From Escherichia coli (GTDB taxonomy: Bacteria; Pseudomonadota; Gammaproteobacteria; Enterobacterales; Enterobacteriaceae): a stretch of 64,000 nt of DNA. Positions 44,708-55,644 of this stretch are shown here, in pieces. The translations under genes and the position numbers were made by a program. The notes beneath the pieces were generated by a model that saw only the letters and a list, made by a program, of their open reading frames with translations, did no database searches and was not told the DNA's origin. How positions within the stretch are numbered: position 1 is the stretch's first letter; every line of letters starts with the position of its first letter. Location of the stretch: assembly GCF_022846255.1 (NCBI RefSeq), contig NZ_AP025682.1, one strand, 5' to 3'.

Positions 44708-45502
44708 ATGGATCTGTTGTACCGGGTAAAAACGCTTTGGGCCGCGCTGCGCGGTAATCATTACACCTGGCCTGCTATCGATATCTCTCTTCCCGGCAAT
44801 CGCCATTTTCATCTGATTGGCAGTATTCATATGGGCAGCCACGATATGGCTCCCCTGCCCACCCGTTTGCTCAAAAAGCTCAAAAACGCCGATGCGCTGA
44901 TCGTCGAGGCGGATGTTTCCACCAGCGATACGCCTTTTGCTAATTTGCCTGCCTGCGAGGCGCTGGAAGAGCGCATTAGCGAGGAGCAATTACAAAACCT
45001 GCAGCACATTAGCCAGGAGATGGGCATTTCTCCGTCGCTCTTTTCTACCCAACCGCTGTGGCAAATCGCGATGGTTCTTCAGGCGACGCAGGCGCAAAAA
45101 CTGGGGCTGCGGGCAGAATACGGTATCGATTACCAGCTATTGCAGGCGGCGAAGCAACAACATAAACCCGTGATTGAACTGGAAGGGGCAGAAAACCAGA
45201 TTGCCATGTTGCTCCAGCTCCCTGACAACGGACTGGCGCTGCTGGACGATACGCTGACCCACTGGCACACCAATGCACGGTTGCTGCAACAAATGATGAG
45301 CTGGTGGCTGAATGCGCCGCCGCAAAATAATGAAATAACGCTGCCTAATACGTTCAGTCAGTCGCTGTACGATGTGCTGATGCATCAGCGAAATCTCGCC
45401 TGGCGGGACAAATTATGCGCCATGCCGCCGGGGCGCTATGTGGTCGCAGTCGGTGCACTACACCTGTATGGAGAAGGGAATTTGCCGCAGATGTTGCGCT
45501 AA
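44708..45502 (+). CDS. ybaP: TraB-family protein YbaP
   Basis: 264 aa MDLLYRVKTLWAALRGNHYTWPAIDISLPGN...; strong RBS aagggagg. Confidence 0.9.
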   Translation: MDLLYRVKTLWAALRGNHYTWPAIDISLPGNRHFHLIGSIHMGSHDMAPLPTRLLKKLKNADALIVEADVSTSDTPFANLPACEALEERISEEQLQNLQHISQEMGISPSLFSTQPLWQIAMVLQATQAQKLGLRAEYGIDYQLLQAAKQQHKPVIELEGAENQIAMLLQLPDNGLALLDDTLTHWHTNARLLQQMMSWWLNAPPQNNEITLPNTFSQSLYDVLMHQRNLAWRDKLCAMPPGRYVVAVGALHLYGEGNLPQMLR

Positions 45503-45584
45503 AAAAATGGCCAATATCGCTATTGGCCCGTCAAAGAGGAATTTCATATTTTTATTATTATGCCGTCACTTTAAGCGACGGTGT
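45501..45584 (-). ncRNA. chiX: ChiX (MicM/SroB) small regulatory RNA
   Basis: Minus-strand sequence acaccgtcgcttaaagtgacgg...ttgacgggccaatagcgatattggccattttttt matches the remembered ChiX sequence, including the terminator hairpin and U-tail, in the ybaP-ybaK spacer. Confidence 0.8.
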
Positions 45585-45705
45585 AACTCGATTGTCGCTC
45601 AATCTCACCATCCTGCCAATACTCTTAGGCAAGATGACTCTTTTTTTTGGACCGCCATCAGGCGTATGCTTGCTTCGTTTTTTTGTTTAAGGCAGGAAAA
45701 TTACC

Positions 45706-46185
45706 ATGACACCCGCAGTTAAATTACTCGAAAAAAACAAGATTTCGTTTCAAATCCATACCTACGAGCACGATCCGGCTGAAACCAATTTTGGCGATGA
45801 AGTCGTCAAAAAATTAGGTTTGAATCCGGATCAGGTCTACAAAACGCTGCTGGTCGCAGTGAACGGTGATATGAAACACCTTGCCGTGGCCGTTACGCCG
45901 GTTGCAGGTCAACTGGATCTTAAAAAAGTAGCAAAAGCGCTGGGTGCCAAGAAAGTTGAGATGGCCGATCCGATGGCCGCGCAGCGTTCAACGGGATACC
46001 TGGTTGGGGGGATTAGCCCACTGGGGCAGAAAAAACGTCTGCCAACGATTATCGACGCCCCCGCACAAGAATTTGCCACTATTTATGTTTCCGGCGGCAA
46101 GCGCGGACTGGATATCGAACTGGCGGCAGGCGACCTGGCAAAGATCCTCGATGCCAAATTTGCTGATATCGCCCGCCGCGATTAA
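45706..46185 (+). CDS. ybaK: Cys-tRNA(Pro)/Cys-tRNA(Cys) deacylase YbaK
   Basis: 159 aa [23 protein letters not shown]... Confidence 0.93.
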   Translation: MTPAVKLLEKNKISFQIHTYEHDPAETNFGDEVVKKLGLNPDQVYKTLLVAVNGDMKHLAVAVTPVAGQLDLKKVAKALGAKKVEMADPMAAQRSTGYLVGGISPLGQKKRLPTIIDAPAQEFATIYVSGGKRGLDIELAAGDLAKILDAKFADIARRD

Positions 46186-46190
46186 GCATT

Positions 46191-46214
46191 GTGCCGGATG
46201 CAAATATCCGGCAC
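46191..46214. terminator. Bidirectional hairpin between convergent ybaK and ushA
   Basis: gtgccggat-gcaaat-atccggcac inverted repeat. Confidence 0.5.
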
Positions 46215-46221
46215 TTTCGGA

Positions 46222-47874
46222 TTACTGCCAGCTCACCTCACCTTTCGGTTCATAGACACTCACATCCAGCGGCGAGCTCTTCTGGATATACGCTTTCAGC
46301 ACTTCGGCATCAATAAAGCCGGTATTCACATAGCCCGGTTTGTTATCAAGGCGCGGATAGCCATCACCGCCGGTGGCATTGAAGTTTAATGTCGCCATAC
46401 GATAAGTTTTCGCCGGATCGACCGGTTCGCCTTTGATTTTAAGGTCGTCCAGTTTGCCGCCTTTCGCCACAAAGCTAACGTTAGCAAATTGCGGGTAGGC
46501 ACCTGAATCTGGCTTCATCTGCGCGACGGCGGTCAGGTAATCAATCACCTCTTTCCCGGTCATGTCGGCATACACCACCACATTGCCGAATGGCTGCACT
46601 TTCAGCACGTTTTTATAGCTGATATCGCCTGCTTCGATAGAATCACGAATTCCGCCTCCACTCATCACCGCAAAGTCAGCACCAGTGCGATCCATTTGGG
46701 CTGCCAGAATCAACCGCCCCATATTGGTCTGTACAAAACGCACTTTGTCACGATCGCCTTCCAGACGACCATTGGTTTCGCCTATTTTCACGTCCAGCTG
46801 CGCTTTGCCTTTGTTCTGGAACGGCGATAACAGCGAGATCATTTGCTGGTTTTCAGCGATTTCAGGAGTGTAAAGCACGCGCTCGCTTTTCCCGTCTTCC
46901 CAGGTCACTTTCTTCTTCAGGTTCACCGGAATCAGCTGGTAGTTAACCATTTTCATTTCGCCATTACGAAACTCAAAATCAGCCCGTCCCACGTATTTGC
47001 CCCACTCATGCGCCTGCACAATCCAGATGCCGTTTTGTTGATCCGGTTTGCATGGCGTACCCGGCACGTAATCGACCTGTTTTTTATTTTCTGCCGCCAT
47101 ACAGACTGGATCTTGCGAGTGACCTCCGACGATCATCGCCAGCGATCCGGCAGGCAGCGCGCGCGCCATCTCCACATCGCCCGGTGCGTTAGAGCCGTGC
47201 TCACCATTGTCGTAATGCCCCATATGGGTCGCCGCGATAATAATGTCTGGCTTTTCTGTCTGTTGCAGCTCCTGAATCACCAGCTTCGCTTCATCGGCGG
47301 GCTTACGGAACTCAATATCGGTGAAGTTTTCTGGGTTGCCTAACTTCGCTGTATCATCCGTCGTCAGGCCAATAACGGCAATTTTCAGATCCTGACGCTT
47401 AAACAGCGCCCATGGTTTAAACAGGCGCTCGCCGGTACTTTTCTGGTAGATATTGGCAGAAAGTAACGGGAACTTTGCCCACTTTTCCTGCTGGCGTAAT
47501 ACGGTGAGCGGGTTATCAAATTCATGATTACCGATTGCCATCGCATCGTAGCCCACCAGATTCATGCCGCGAAAATCAGGTTCGGCATCCTGTAAGTCAG
47601 ACTCGGGCACGCCAGTGTTAATGTCGCCACCGGAAAGTAGCAGCACGCTACCGCCTTCAGCCGCAACCTCTTTGCGGATACCATCCACCAGCGTTTTTTG
47701 CGCCGCCAGACCATATTCGCCATATTCATTGCGCCAAAAATGCCCATGATGATCATTGGTATGCAGAACTGTAATTTTGTAGGTTTTATCCTGCTCATAC
47801 GCCAGAGCAGCTTCACTCGCCAGTGTAAATGTGGTTAACAGTGCTAACGCCACGCCCCGCTGCAATAATTTCAT
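46222..47874 (-). CDS. ushA: Periplasmic UDP-sugar hydrolase / 5'-nucleotidase
   Basis: 550 aa with signal peptide and metallophosphatase motifs. Confidence 0.95.
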   Translation of the reverse strand: MKLLQRGVALALLTTFTLASEAALAYEQDKTYKITVLHTNDHHGHFWRNEYGEYGLAAQKTLVDGIRKEVAAEGGSVLLLSGGDINTGVPESDLQDAEPDFRGMNLVGYDAMAIGNHEFDNPLTVLRQQEKWAKFPLLSANIYQKSTGERLFKPWALFKRQDLKIAVIGLTTDDTAKLGNPENFTDIEFRKPADEAKLVIQELQQTEKPDIIIAATHMGHYDNGEHGSNAPGDVEMARALPAGSLAMIVGGHSQDPVCMAAENKKQVDYVPGTPCKPDQQNGIWIVQAHEWGKYVGRADFEFRNGEMKMVNYQLIPVNLKKKVTWEDGKSERVLYTPEIAENQQMISLLSPFQNKGKAQLDVKIGETNGRLEGDRDKVRFVQTNMGRLILAAQMDRTGADFAVMSGGGIRDSIEAGDISYKNVLKVQPFGNVVVYADMTGKEVIDYLTAVAQMKPDSGAYPQFANVSFVAKGGKLDDLKIKGEPVDPAKTYRMATLNFNATGGDGYPRLDNKPGYVNTGFIDAEVLKAYIQKSSPLDVSVYEPKGEVSWQ

Positions 47875-48091
47875 ACTTCTCTCCCTGACCTGATTTCAAC
47901 GTGTTGAAAAATAGTATGACGCGACATCATAGACAAGTCTGCGTCCGGTGAAGATAAATCTGCATCCAGATTAGAAATTCTGTATTCAGCGTTGAGACTT
48001 CCTTCAGGCGACGCATACAGGTATGTTAGTCGGGTAATAATCACAAATAAGATCATTCTTTACATCGCAACCCTGAAAAAGTGACTTTCCT

Positions 48092-49312
48092 ATGGCAATG
48101 AGTGAACAAACCCAGCCTGTGGCGGGCGCGACTGCGTCAACGACCAAGGCCCGAACATCGTTTGGTATTTTAGGTGCTATCAGCCTCTCACATCTGCTGA
48201 ACGACATGATCCAATCGCTGATTCTGGCGATTTATCCGCTGCTTCAGTCCGAATTTTCTCTGACATTTATGCAGATTGGCATGATAACCCTCACCTTCCA
48301 GCTCGCCTCTTCGCTACTGCAACCAGTGGTCGGCTACTGGACCGATAAATATCCGATGCCGTGGTCGTTGCCAATTGGCATGTGCTTTACCTTAAGTGGT
48401 CTGGTGCTGCTGGCGCTGGCGGGCAGTTTCGGCGCAGTTCTGCTGGCAGCGGCGCTGGTCGGTACCGGTTCATCGGTCTTTCATCCGGAATCTTCTCGCG
48501 TGGCCCGTATGGCTTCCGGCGGGCGTCATGGCCTGGCGCAATCTATATTTCAGGTCGGCGGCAACTTTGGCAGTTCCCTGGGCCCCTTGCTGGCGGCGGT
48601 GATTATCGCGCCTTATGGCAAAGGCAACGTTGCCTGGTTTGTGCTTGCGGCACTGCTGGCGATCGTGGTGTTGGCGCAAATCAGCCGTTGGTACTCGGCA
48701 CAGCACCGAATGAATAAAGGAAAACCCAAAGCGACGATTATCAATCCACTGCCGCGCAATAAAGTTGTTCTGGCGGTCAGCATTCTGTTAATCCTCATTT
48801 TCTCGAAATATTTCTATATGGCGAGCATCAGCAGCTATTACACCTTTTATCTGATGCAAAAATTCGGATTATCTATCCAGAATGCTCAGCTTCATTTGTT
48901 TGCCTTCCTGTTTGCCGTTGCGGCAGGTACGGTGATTGGCGGGCCTGTAGGGGATAAAATTGGACGGAAATATGTGATTTGGGGCTCTATCCTCGGCGTT
49001 GCGCCGTTTACGCTGATTTTACCCTACGCCAGCCTGCACTGGACGGGGGTTTTAACGGTGATTATTGGATTTATCCTCGCTTCGGCATTCTCTGCCATTC
49101 TGGTCTATGCCCAGGAGCTGCTTCCGGGACGTATCGGTATGGTTTCTGGACTATTTTTCGGTTTTGCTTTCGGCATGGGAGGTCTGGGGGCGGCAGTTCT
49201 GGGGCTTATCGCCGACCACACCAGCATAGAGTTAGTCTATAAAATCTGTGCTTTCCTGCCACTATTGGGGATGTTGACCATATTCCTGCCTGATAACCGG
49301 CATAAAGACTGA
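48092..49312 (+). CDS. fsr: Fosmidomycin-resistance MFS transporter
   Basis: 406 aa 12-TM MFS protein divergent from ushA. Confidence 0.92.
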   Translation: MAMSEQTQPVAGATASTTKARTSFGILGAISLSHLLNDMIQSLILAIYPLLQSEFSLTFMQIGMITLTFQLASSLLQPVVGYWTDKYPMPWSLPIGMCFTLSGLVLLALAGSFGAVLLAAALVGTGSSVFHPESSRVARMASGGRHGLAQSIFQVGGNFGSSLGPLLAAVIIAPYGKGNVAWFVLAALLAIVVLAQISRWYSAQHRMNKGKPKATIINPLPRNKVVLAVSILLILIFSKYFYMASISSYYTFYLMQKFGLSIQNAQLHLFAFLFAVAAGTVIGGPVGDKIGRKYVIWGSILGVAPFTLILPYASLHWTGVLTVIIGFILASAFSAILVYAQELLPGRIGMVSGLFFGFAFGMGGLGAAVLGLIADHTSIELVYKICAFLPLLGMLTIFLPDNRHKD

Positions 49313-49319
49313 TTTCATT

Positions 49320-49352
49320 GCAGCCAAAGGCAAACTTTGGCTGCATCGTTTT
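49320..49352 (+). terminator. Rho-independent terminator after fsr
   Basis: gcagccaaag-gcaaac-tttggctgc hairpin followed by atcgtttt. Confidence 0.5.
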
Positions 49353-49550
49353 ACAGTCGCCATAAGCCTTTCCTCTGTTAAACCGCCTTCTGTTTTCCGA
49401 TCCGTGCTTTTTTTTGCAGCTAATTCCATTTTTCTGCAAAATTCAACAATTATTCATAAACATCATCAATGAAATTGTCATAAACTATTACCTGTAATTT
49501 TGGTTTTCCCGGCCAAAAATGGACAATAACCACCAGGAAAAGGAGACGGA

Positions 49551-51227
49551 ATGCATCACGCCACCCCGCTTATCACCACCATTGTTGGCGGCCTTGTGCT
49601 CGCCTTTATCCTCGGCATGCTGGCCAATAAACTACGTATTTCTCCTCTGGTGGGATATCTGTTAGCGGGTGTGCTGGCAGGACCATTCACTCCGGGCTTT
49701 GTTGCCGATACCAAGCTTGCGCCGGAACTGGCTGAACTGGGCGTTATTTTGCTGATGTTCGGCGTCGGTTTGCATTTTTCGCTCAAGGATTTGATGGCGG
49801 TAAAGTCCATCGCCATTCCCGGCGCGATCGCCCAGATAGCCGTGGCGACGCTGCTGGGTATGGCGCTCTCCGCCGTGCTGGGCTGGTCGTTAATGACCGG
49901 TATCGTGTTCGGCTTATGTCTTTCCACCGCCAGTACCGTGGTGTTACTGCGCGCACTTGAAGAACGGCAATTAATTGACAGTCAGCGTGGGCAAATCGCC
50001 ATCGGTTGGTTGATTGTGGAAGACCTGGTGATGGTCCTGACGCTGGTATTGCTACCCGCGGTAGCAGGAATGATGGAACAGGGCGATGTGGGCTTTGCCA
50101 CTCTTGCAGTCGATATGGGGATCACCATCGGCAAGGTGATCGCATTTATCGCCATTATGATGCTGGTAGGTCGCCGTCTGGTGCCGTGGATTATGGCACG
50201 CAGCGCAGCAACCGGTTCCCGCGAGCTGTTTACCCTGTCGGTGCTGGCGCTGGCGTTAGGGATTGCCTTTGGTGCGGTAGAGCTGTTTGATGTCTCCTTT
50301 GCACTCGGTGCGTTCTTTGCCGGGATGGTACTGAACGAGTCTGAACTGAGTCACCGTGCCGCCCACGATACGCTGCCATTGCGCGACGCGTTTGCGGTGC
50401 TGTTTTTTGTCTCCGTCGGGATGTTGTTTGATCCGTTAATTCTGATTCAGCAACCGCTGGCAGTGCTGGCGACGCTGGCGATTATTCTGTTTGGTAAGTC
50501 GTTAGCCGCGTTTTTCCTGGTGCGACTGTTTGGTCACTCCCAACGTACGGCATTAACTATCGCCGCCAGCCTGGCGCAAATTGGTGAGTTCGCGTTTATC
50601 CTGGCGGGACTGGGCATGGCGCTGGATCTATTGCCGCAAGCCGGGCAGAACCTGGTACTGGCAGGGGCGATTTTGTCGATTATGCTCAACCCGGTCCTGT
50701 TTGCGCTGCTGGAGAAATATCTGGCGAAGACCGAAACGCTGGAAGAGCAGACGCTGGAAGAGGCTATCGAAGAAGAGAAGCAGATCCCAGTGGATATTTG
50801 CAACCATGCGCTACTGGTAGGTTACGGTCGTGTAGGCAGCCTGCTGGGGGAGAAATTGCTCGCCTCTGATATTCCGCTGGTGGTGATTGAGACGTCACGA
50901 ACCCGTGTTGATGAACTGCGAGAGCGCGGGGTCCGCGCAGTATTGGGCAATGCGGCGAACGAAGAAATTATGCAACTGGCGCATCTGGAATGTGCTAAAT
51001 GGCTGATCCTGACGATTCCCAACGGTTATGAAGCGGGCGAGATTGTGGCATCTGCCCGCGCGAAAAATCCGGATATTGAGATTATCGCCCGCGCCCATTA
51101 TGACGATGAAGTGGCGTATATCACCGAACGTGGTGCAAATCAGGTAGTGATGGGTGAGCGTGAAATTGCCCGTACTATGCTGGAACTGCTGGAAACGCCA
51201 CCGGCGGGTGAGGTGGTGACGAGGTAA
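49551..51227 (+). CDS. ybaL: CPA2-family cation/proton antiporter with C-terminal RCK/TrkA-N domain
   Basis: 558 aa; N-terminal Na+/H+ exchanger membrane domain and C-terminal NAD-binding-like domain (VGYGRVG). Confidence 0.92.
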   Translation: MHHATPLITTIVGGLVLAFILGMLANKLRISPLVGYLLAGVLAGPFTPGFVADTKLAPELAELGVILLMFGVGLHFSLKDLMAVKSIAIPGAIAQIAVATLLGMALSAVLGWSLMTGIVFGLCLSTASTVVLLRALEERQLIDSQRGQIAIGWLIVEDLVMVLTLVLLPAVAGMMEQGDVGFATLAVDMGITIGKVIAFIAIMMLVGRRLVPWIMARSAATGSRELFTLSVLALALGIAFGAVELFDVSFALGAFFAGMVLNESELSHRAAHDTLPLRDAFAVLFFVSVGMLFDPLILIQQPLAVLATLAIILFGKSLAAFFLVRLFGHSQRTALTIAASLAQIGEFAFILAGLGMALDLLPQAGQNLVLAGAILSIMLNPVLFALLEKYLAKTETLEEQTLEEAIEEEKQIPVDICNHALLVGYGRVGSLLGEKLLASDIPLVVIETSRTRVDELRERGVRAVLGNAANEEIMQLAHLECAKWLILTIPNGYEAGEIVASARAKNPDIEIIARAHYDDEVAYITERGANQVVMGEREIARTMLELLETPPAGEVVTR

Positions 51228-51242
51228 AACATTGATTCCATT

Positions 51243-51278
51243 GCCGGATGCGATGCTGACGCATCTTATCCGGCCTAC
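51243..51278. repeat. REP element
   Basis: gccggatgcgatgctgacgcatcttatccggcctac palindromic unit. Confidence 0.7.
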
Positions 51279-51310
51279 GGATGCCATCGTCGTCCGGCCT
51301 GGTCGATAAC

Positions 51311-52615
51311 TTAACGATCCCAGTAAGACTCTTCCAGGCTGTCTTCACGCTCCGGCAAGCCGCGCGTTAAACGAGGTGAATGCTGGTTCAGTACCTGATA
51401 GCTCACACGGTTAGCATATTTACACACCTGCGCTAACGATGAATAAGTTAACCAGGTGAATTTATGTTTGCTGGAGTTTGGTACGTTGCTACGGTGGTAG
51501 CTGTTGGCGGTAATGTCATGCAGCAACGCTGCCAGTGCGCCATCCCCTGCTCCATTAGTGTTCATGATTTTTTCCGGCCCGCCCATGTACGGCGCAATGT
51601 GCGAATAGACACGCAGCGGATTCTGGCAATCCTTGTGGCGCATGGCGCGGCTAAACTCATACTGGTTAAATTCCGCTATAGCACCCGGCAGCAGCGGATG
51701 CTGGGTTTTACGTTTCGCTTCGTCTTCGGTAAAGCCTGCCATATACAAGCCGATTGGCCCGGCGGTGCACAGCACCAGATCTACCCAGTCCAGCGCCTTG
51801 TCAGATGCCAACAACGGATCGCTTTCTCCGGTCAACGCTTCGGCTTCATCTTCGTTCATCGCAAGGATAGAGACGTGGTCTTTGAGGAATTGCTGCCACC
51901 ACTGCGGATTCTCGGCAATGACAAACTTGGTGCCCAGCGTCAGCACCACCGGTACGTTATATTTCTTCGCGTACTCAATGGCTTTCATGGTTGCTTCCGG
52001 CATGGGTTCACCCGGCTTGCAACGCACCAGATAAGAGGTGAGAACCAGTGCCGAGGCTCCGGCAATCACATCTTCCGGAATACTTTCAGCCCGCAGCTGG
52101 TTCATGTGGCCGGGGCTGATAGCAAAGGTACGTTCCCCGGACTCGCCAATCAGCGTAAAGCAACGACCAATTGGGCCATCCACGCCTTGTAGATAGTTAA
52201 GATCGGTACGGCTGGAGGTGTTACACAGGTAACGATAGGCATAGCTGCCAATTTCAATATTGCTGCACATGACGCCCAGCAGCACCGAACGGTCGTCCGC
52301 GAGCACCGAGTAGTTGTGCATGGTGTTACCAATGGTGCCACCCGCAAACTGATGGGTAATCAGGTTTTTCTGTTTTAGTTCCTGATAAAGCGCTTCGGCA
52401 ACGTCATCCTCAATCACCAATGAATGCCCGGCGCTTAATCCATAACGCTCAATGAATTCATCATCCACTTTCGCTTCAATATCGACCAGCGTTTGATCGA
52501 TACCCACTACCCAGGCGGCGCTGGTTTCGTTTTCTGGCTGGAATTGCTGAAGCAGCGGATCGCGTGCATTTACGGGGAAGTAATGTTTGGATTTACGTTT
52601 ACCGGGAAATTTCAT
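51311..52615 (-). CDS. gsk: Inosine-guanosine kinase
   Basis: 434 aa PfkB-family kinase. Confidence 0.95.
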   Translation of the reverse strand: MKFPGKRKSKHYFPVNARDPLLQQFQPENETSAAWVVGIDQTLVDIEAKVDDEFIERYGLSAGHSLVIEDDVAEALYQELKQKNLITHQFAGGTIGNTMHNYSVLADDRSVLLGVMCSNIEIGSYAYRYLCNTSSRTDLNYLQGVDGPIGRCFTLIGESGERTFAISPGHMNQLRAESIPEDVIAGASALVLTSYLVRCKPGEPMPEATMKAIEYAKKYNVPVVLTLGTKFVIAENPQWWQQFLKDHVSILAMNEDEAEALTGESDPLLASDKALDWVDLVLCTAGPIGLYMAGFTEDEAKRKTQHPLLPGAIAEFNQYEFSRAMRHKDCQNPLRVYSHIAPYMGGPEKIMNTNGAGDGALAALLHDITANSYHRSNVPNSSKHKFTWLTYSSLAQVCKYANRVSYQVLNQHSPRLTRGLPEREDSLEESYWDR

Positions 52616-52766
52616 GGTTGTTTTTACGGGTGGTTAACTGAGCGGCGAATGTTAACACAATCTGACGGGAGCGCGCGAGACGCAGCCAGTTTCAATATCA
52701 GCAGGCGGGATCGCATTTTCATGGCAGTGGTTCCTTACAATGACGTAATTTGAAAGGAGTTTTTGC

Positions 52767-53735
52767 ATGAAGCCGGAAAACAAATTACCCGTTCTGGACC
52801 TTATCTCTGCTGAAATGAAGACCGTTGTGAATACTCTTCAGCCGGATTTACCGCCCTGGCCTGCAACGGGAACGATTGCTGAGCAACGACAGTATTACAC
52901 GCTTGAGCGCCGATTCTGGAATGTGGGCGCTCCAGAAATGGCAACCAGAGCTTACAGGGTTCCAACAAAATATGGGCAGGTGAAAACACGTATCTTTTAT
53001 CCGCAGCCAGATAGCCCGGCGACGCTATTTTATTTGCATGGAGGCGGTTTTATTCTCGGCAATCTCGATACCCACGATCGCATCATGCGCCTGCTGGCAA
53101 GCTACAGCCAATGTACGGTGATTGGCATTGATTACACCCTTTCACCTGAAGCGCGTTTTCCGCAAGCGATAGAGGAAATTGTGGCTGCCTGTTGTTATTT
53201 CCACCAGCAGGCGGAGGATTATCAAATCAATATGTCCCGCATTGGTTTTGCTGGTGATTCCGCAGGTGCCATGCTGGCGCTCGCCAGTGCGTTGTGGTTG
53301 CGCGATAAACAGATCGATTGCGGTAAAGTTGCGGGCGTTTTGCTGTGGTATGGGCTTTACGGATTACGGGATTCCGTGACTCGTCGTCTGTTGGGTGGTG
53401 TCTGGGATGGCTTAACGCAACAGGATTTGCAGATGTATGAAGAGGCATATTTAAGCAACGACGCGGACCGCGAGTCGCCATATTACTGCCTGTTTAATAA
53501 TGATCTCACTCGAAATGTGCCGCCCTGTTATATCGCCGGGGCGGAGTTCGATCCACTGCTGGATGACAGCCGTCTGCTTTACCAGACGTTAGCGGCACAC
53601 CAGCAACCTTGTGAGTTCAAACTCTACCCAGGCACGCTGCACGCCTTTTTGCATTATTCACGGATGATGAAAACCGCCGACGATGCTCTACGCGACGGTG
53701 CTCGATTCTTTAGCGATAGGCTGCAACAAGATTAG
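52767..53735 (+). CDS. aes: Acetyl esterase (HSL family alpha/beta hydrolase)
   Basis: HGGGF oxyanion motif and GDSAG nucleophile elbow. Confidence 0.93.
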   Translation: MKPENKLPVLDLISAEMKTVVNTLQPDLPPWPATGTIAEQRQYYTLERRFWNVGAPEMATRAYRVPTKYGQVKTRIFYPQPDSPATLFYLHGGGFILGNLDTHDRIMRLLASYSQCTVIGIDYTLSPEARFPQAIEEIVAACCYFHQQAEDYQINMSRIGFAGDSAGAMLALASALWLRDKQIDCGKVAGVLLWYGLYGLRDSVTRRLLGGVWDGLTQQDLQMYEEAYLSNDADRESPYYCLFNNDLTRNVPPCYIAGAEFDPLLDDSRLLYQTLAAHQQPCEFKLYPGTLHAFLHYSRMMKTADDALRDGARFFSDRLQQD

Positions 53736-54672
53736 CCATCATTTCGATATGCTCCGGTGTAGCATTAAGCGCCGGAATATATTCGTATTTTTTCCCGCCA
53801 GCGCCGAGGAAGACTTCACGGTTTTGCTCGGCAATCTCTTCCAGCGTCTCCAGACAATCCGCAGCAAAGCCCGGGCACATCACCTGAATATGACCCACGC
53901 CTTTTTCTCCGAGCATTTTCAGCGTTTCGTCGGTATAAGGCATCAGCCAGGGTTCCCGGCCAAAGCGCGACTGAAAGGTCATCATCACTTTTTCCGGTGC
54001 CATCTCCAGTGCGGAAGCGAGTTCGCGAGTTGTTGTGCGGCAACGTTGCGGGTAATCATCGCCTTCATCTGCATAACGCTGGGGAATGCCATGATAAGAG
54101 AGCAACAGCAGATCCGGTTCGCCATGTTTGGCAAAAGAAGCACGTACGCTGTTCGCCAGTGCATTAATATAATCGTGGTTATCGGCGTAATCACGAATAA
54201 ACGATATCCCCGGAATGCTACGTTTGCGCGCCAGAATGCGTGCCAGTTCATCCCATACCGCACCGACCGTTGAACAGGAGTATTGCGGATAAAGCGGCAG
54301 CACCACAATATGATCTACATGCTCTGCCAGAAGTTCATCTACGGCGCTTTCCAGTGATGGCGAGCCGTAGCTCATTCCCAGCGCTACGGGCGTCTCCGGT
54401 AAACGTTGTGCCAGCGCCTGCTGTTGCTGGTGGCTGTAAACCATCAGTGGCGAGCCACCTTCCATCCAGACAGAAGCATACAGCTTCGCCACACGCGGCG
54501 AGCGCAGTGGCAAAATCACGCCGCGCAGCAATGGCCACCATAACAACCGTGAGGTATCAACCACACGTCTGTCGCTTAAAAATTGTTTCAGATAGCGTTT
54601 TACCGCTTCAGGTGTGGGGGCATCGGGCGTCCCCAGGTTTGCCAGCAGGATACCGGTTTTAGTCTGACGCAT
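53710..54672 (-). CDS. hemH: Ferrochelatase
   Basis: 320 aa; 3' end overlaps the aes 3' end by 26 nt (convergent). Confidence 0.95.
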   Translation of the reverse strand: MRQTKTGILLANLGTPDAPTPEAVKRYLKQFLSDRRVVDTSRLLWWPLLRGVILPLRSPRVAKLYASVWMEGGSPLMVYSHQQQQALAQRLPETPVALGMSYGSPSLESAVDELLAEHVDHIVVLPLYPQYSCSTVGAVWDELARILARKRSIPGISFIRDYADNHDYINALANSVRASFAKHGEPDLLLLSYHGIPQRYADEGDDYPQRCRTTTRELASALEMAPEKVMMTFQSRFGREPWLMPYTDETLKMLGEKGVGHIQVMCPGFAADCLETLEEIAEQNREVFLGAGGKKYEYIPALNATPEHIEMMANLVAAYR

Positions 54673-54819
54673 TACCGCCTCTTATCGATTCAACTTGTTG
54701 ATAATTGTAGCGGAAAAGTGAAGAAGAAGAACTAATTGCTGTGAGAGGTATTGCCTGAGGAGGATGAGCAGACCTGCCCGAAAGCAGATCTGCCCGAGAG
54801 CAGATCTGCGGCGGCTTGA

Positions 54820-55536
<717 letters not shown>

Positions 55537-55612
55537 TCAAGAAAGGCACCTGAGGCTGAAACGGTTAATGGCAAGATAATTTGCGGAAAGTGCAGATGAA
55601 GAAAAGAAAAAT

Positions 55613-55638
55613 GCCGGATGACACGAAGGTCATCCGGC
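55613..55638 (-). terminator. Rho-independent terminator after htpG
   Basis: gccggatgac-acgaag-gtcatccggc hairpin followed by a T-rich tract on the minus strand. Confidence 0.5.
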
Positions 55639-55644
55639 ATGACA

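Noticed and set aside
51464-52192. 242-aa ORF on the plus strand
   Set aside because: Antisense to gsk.
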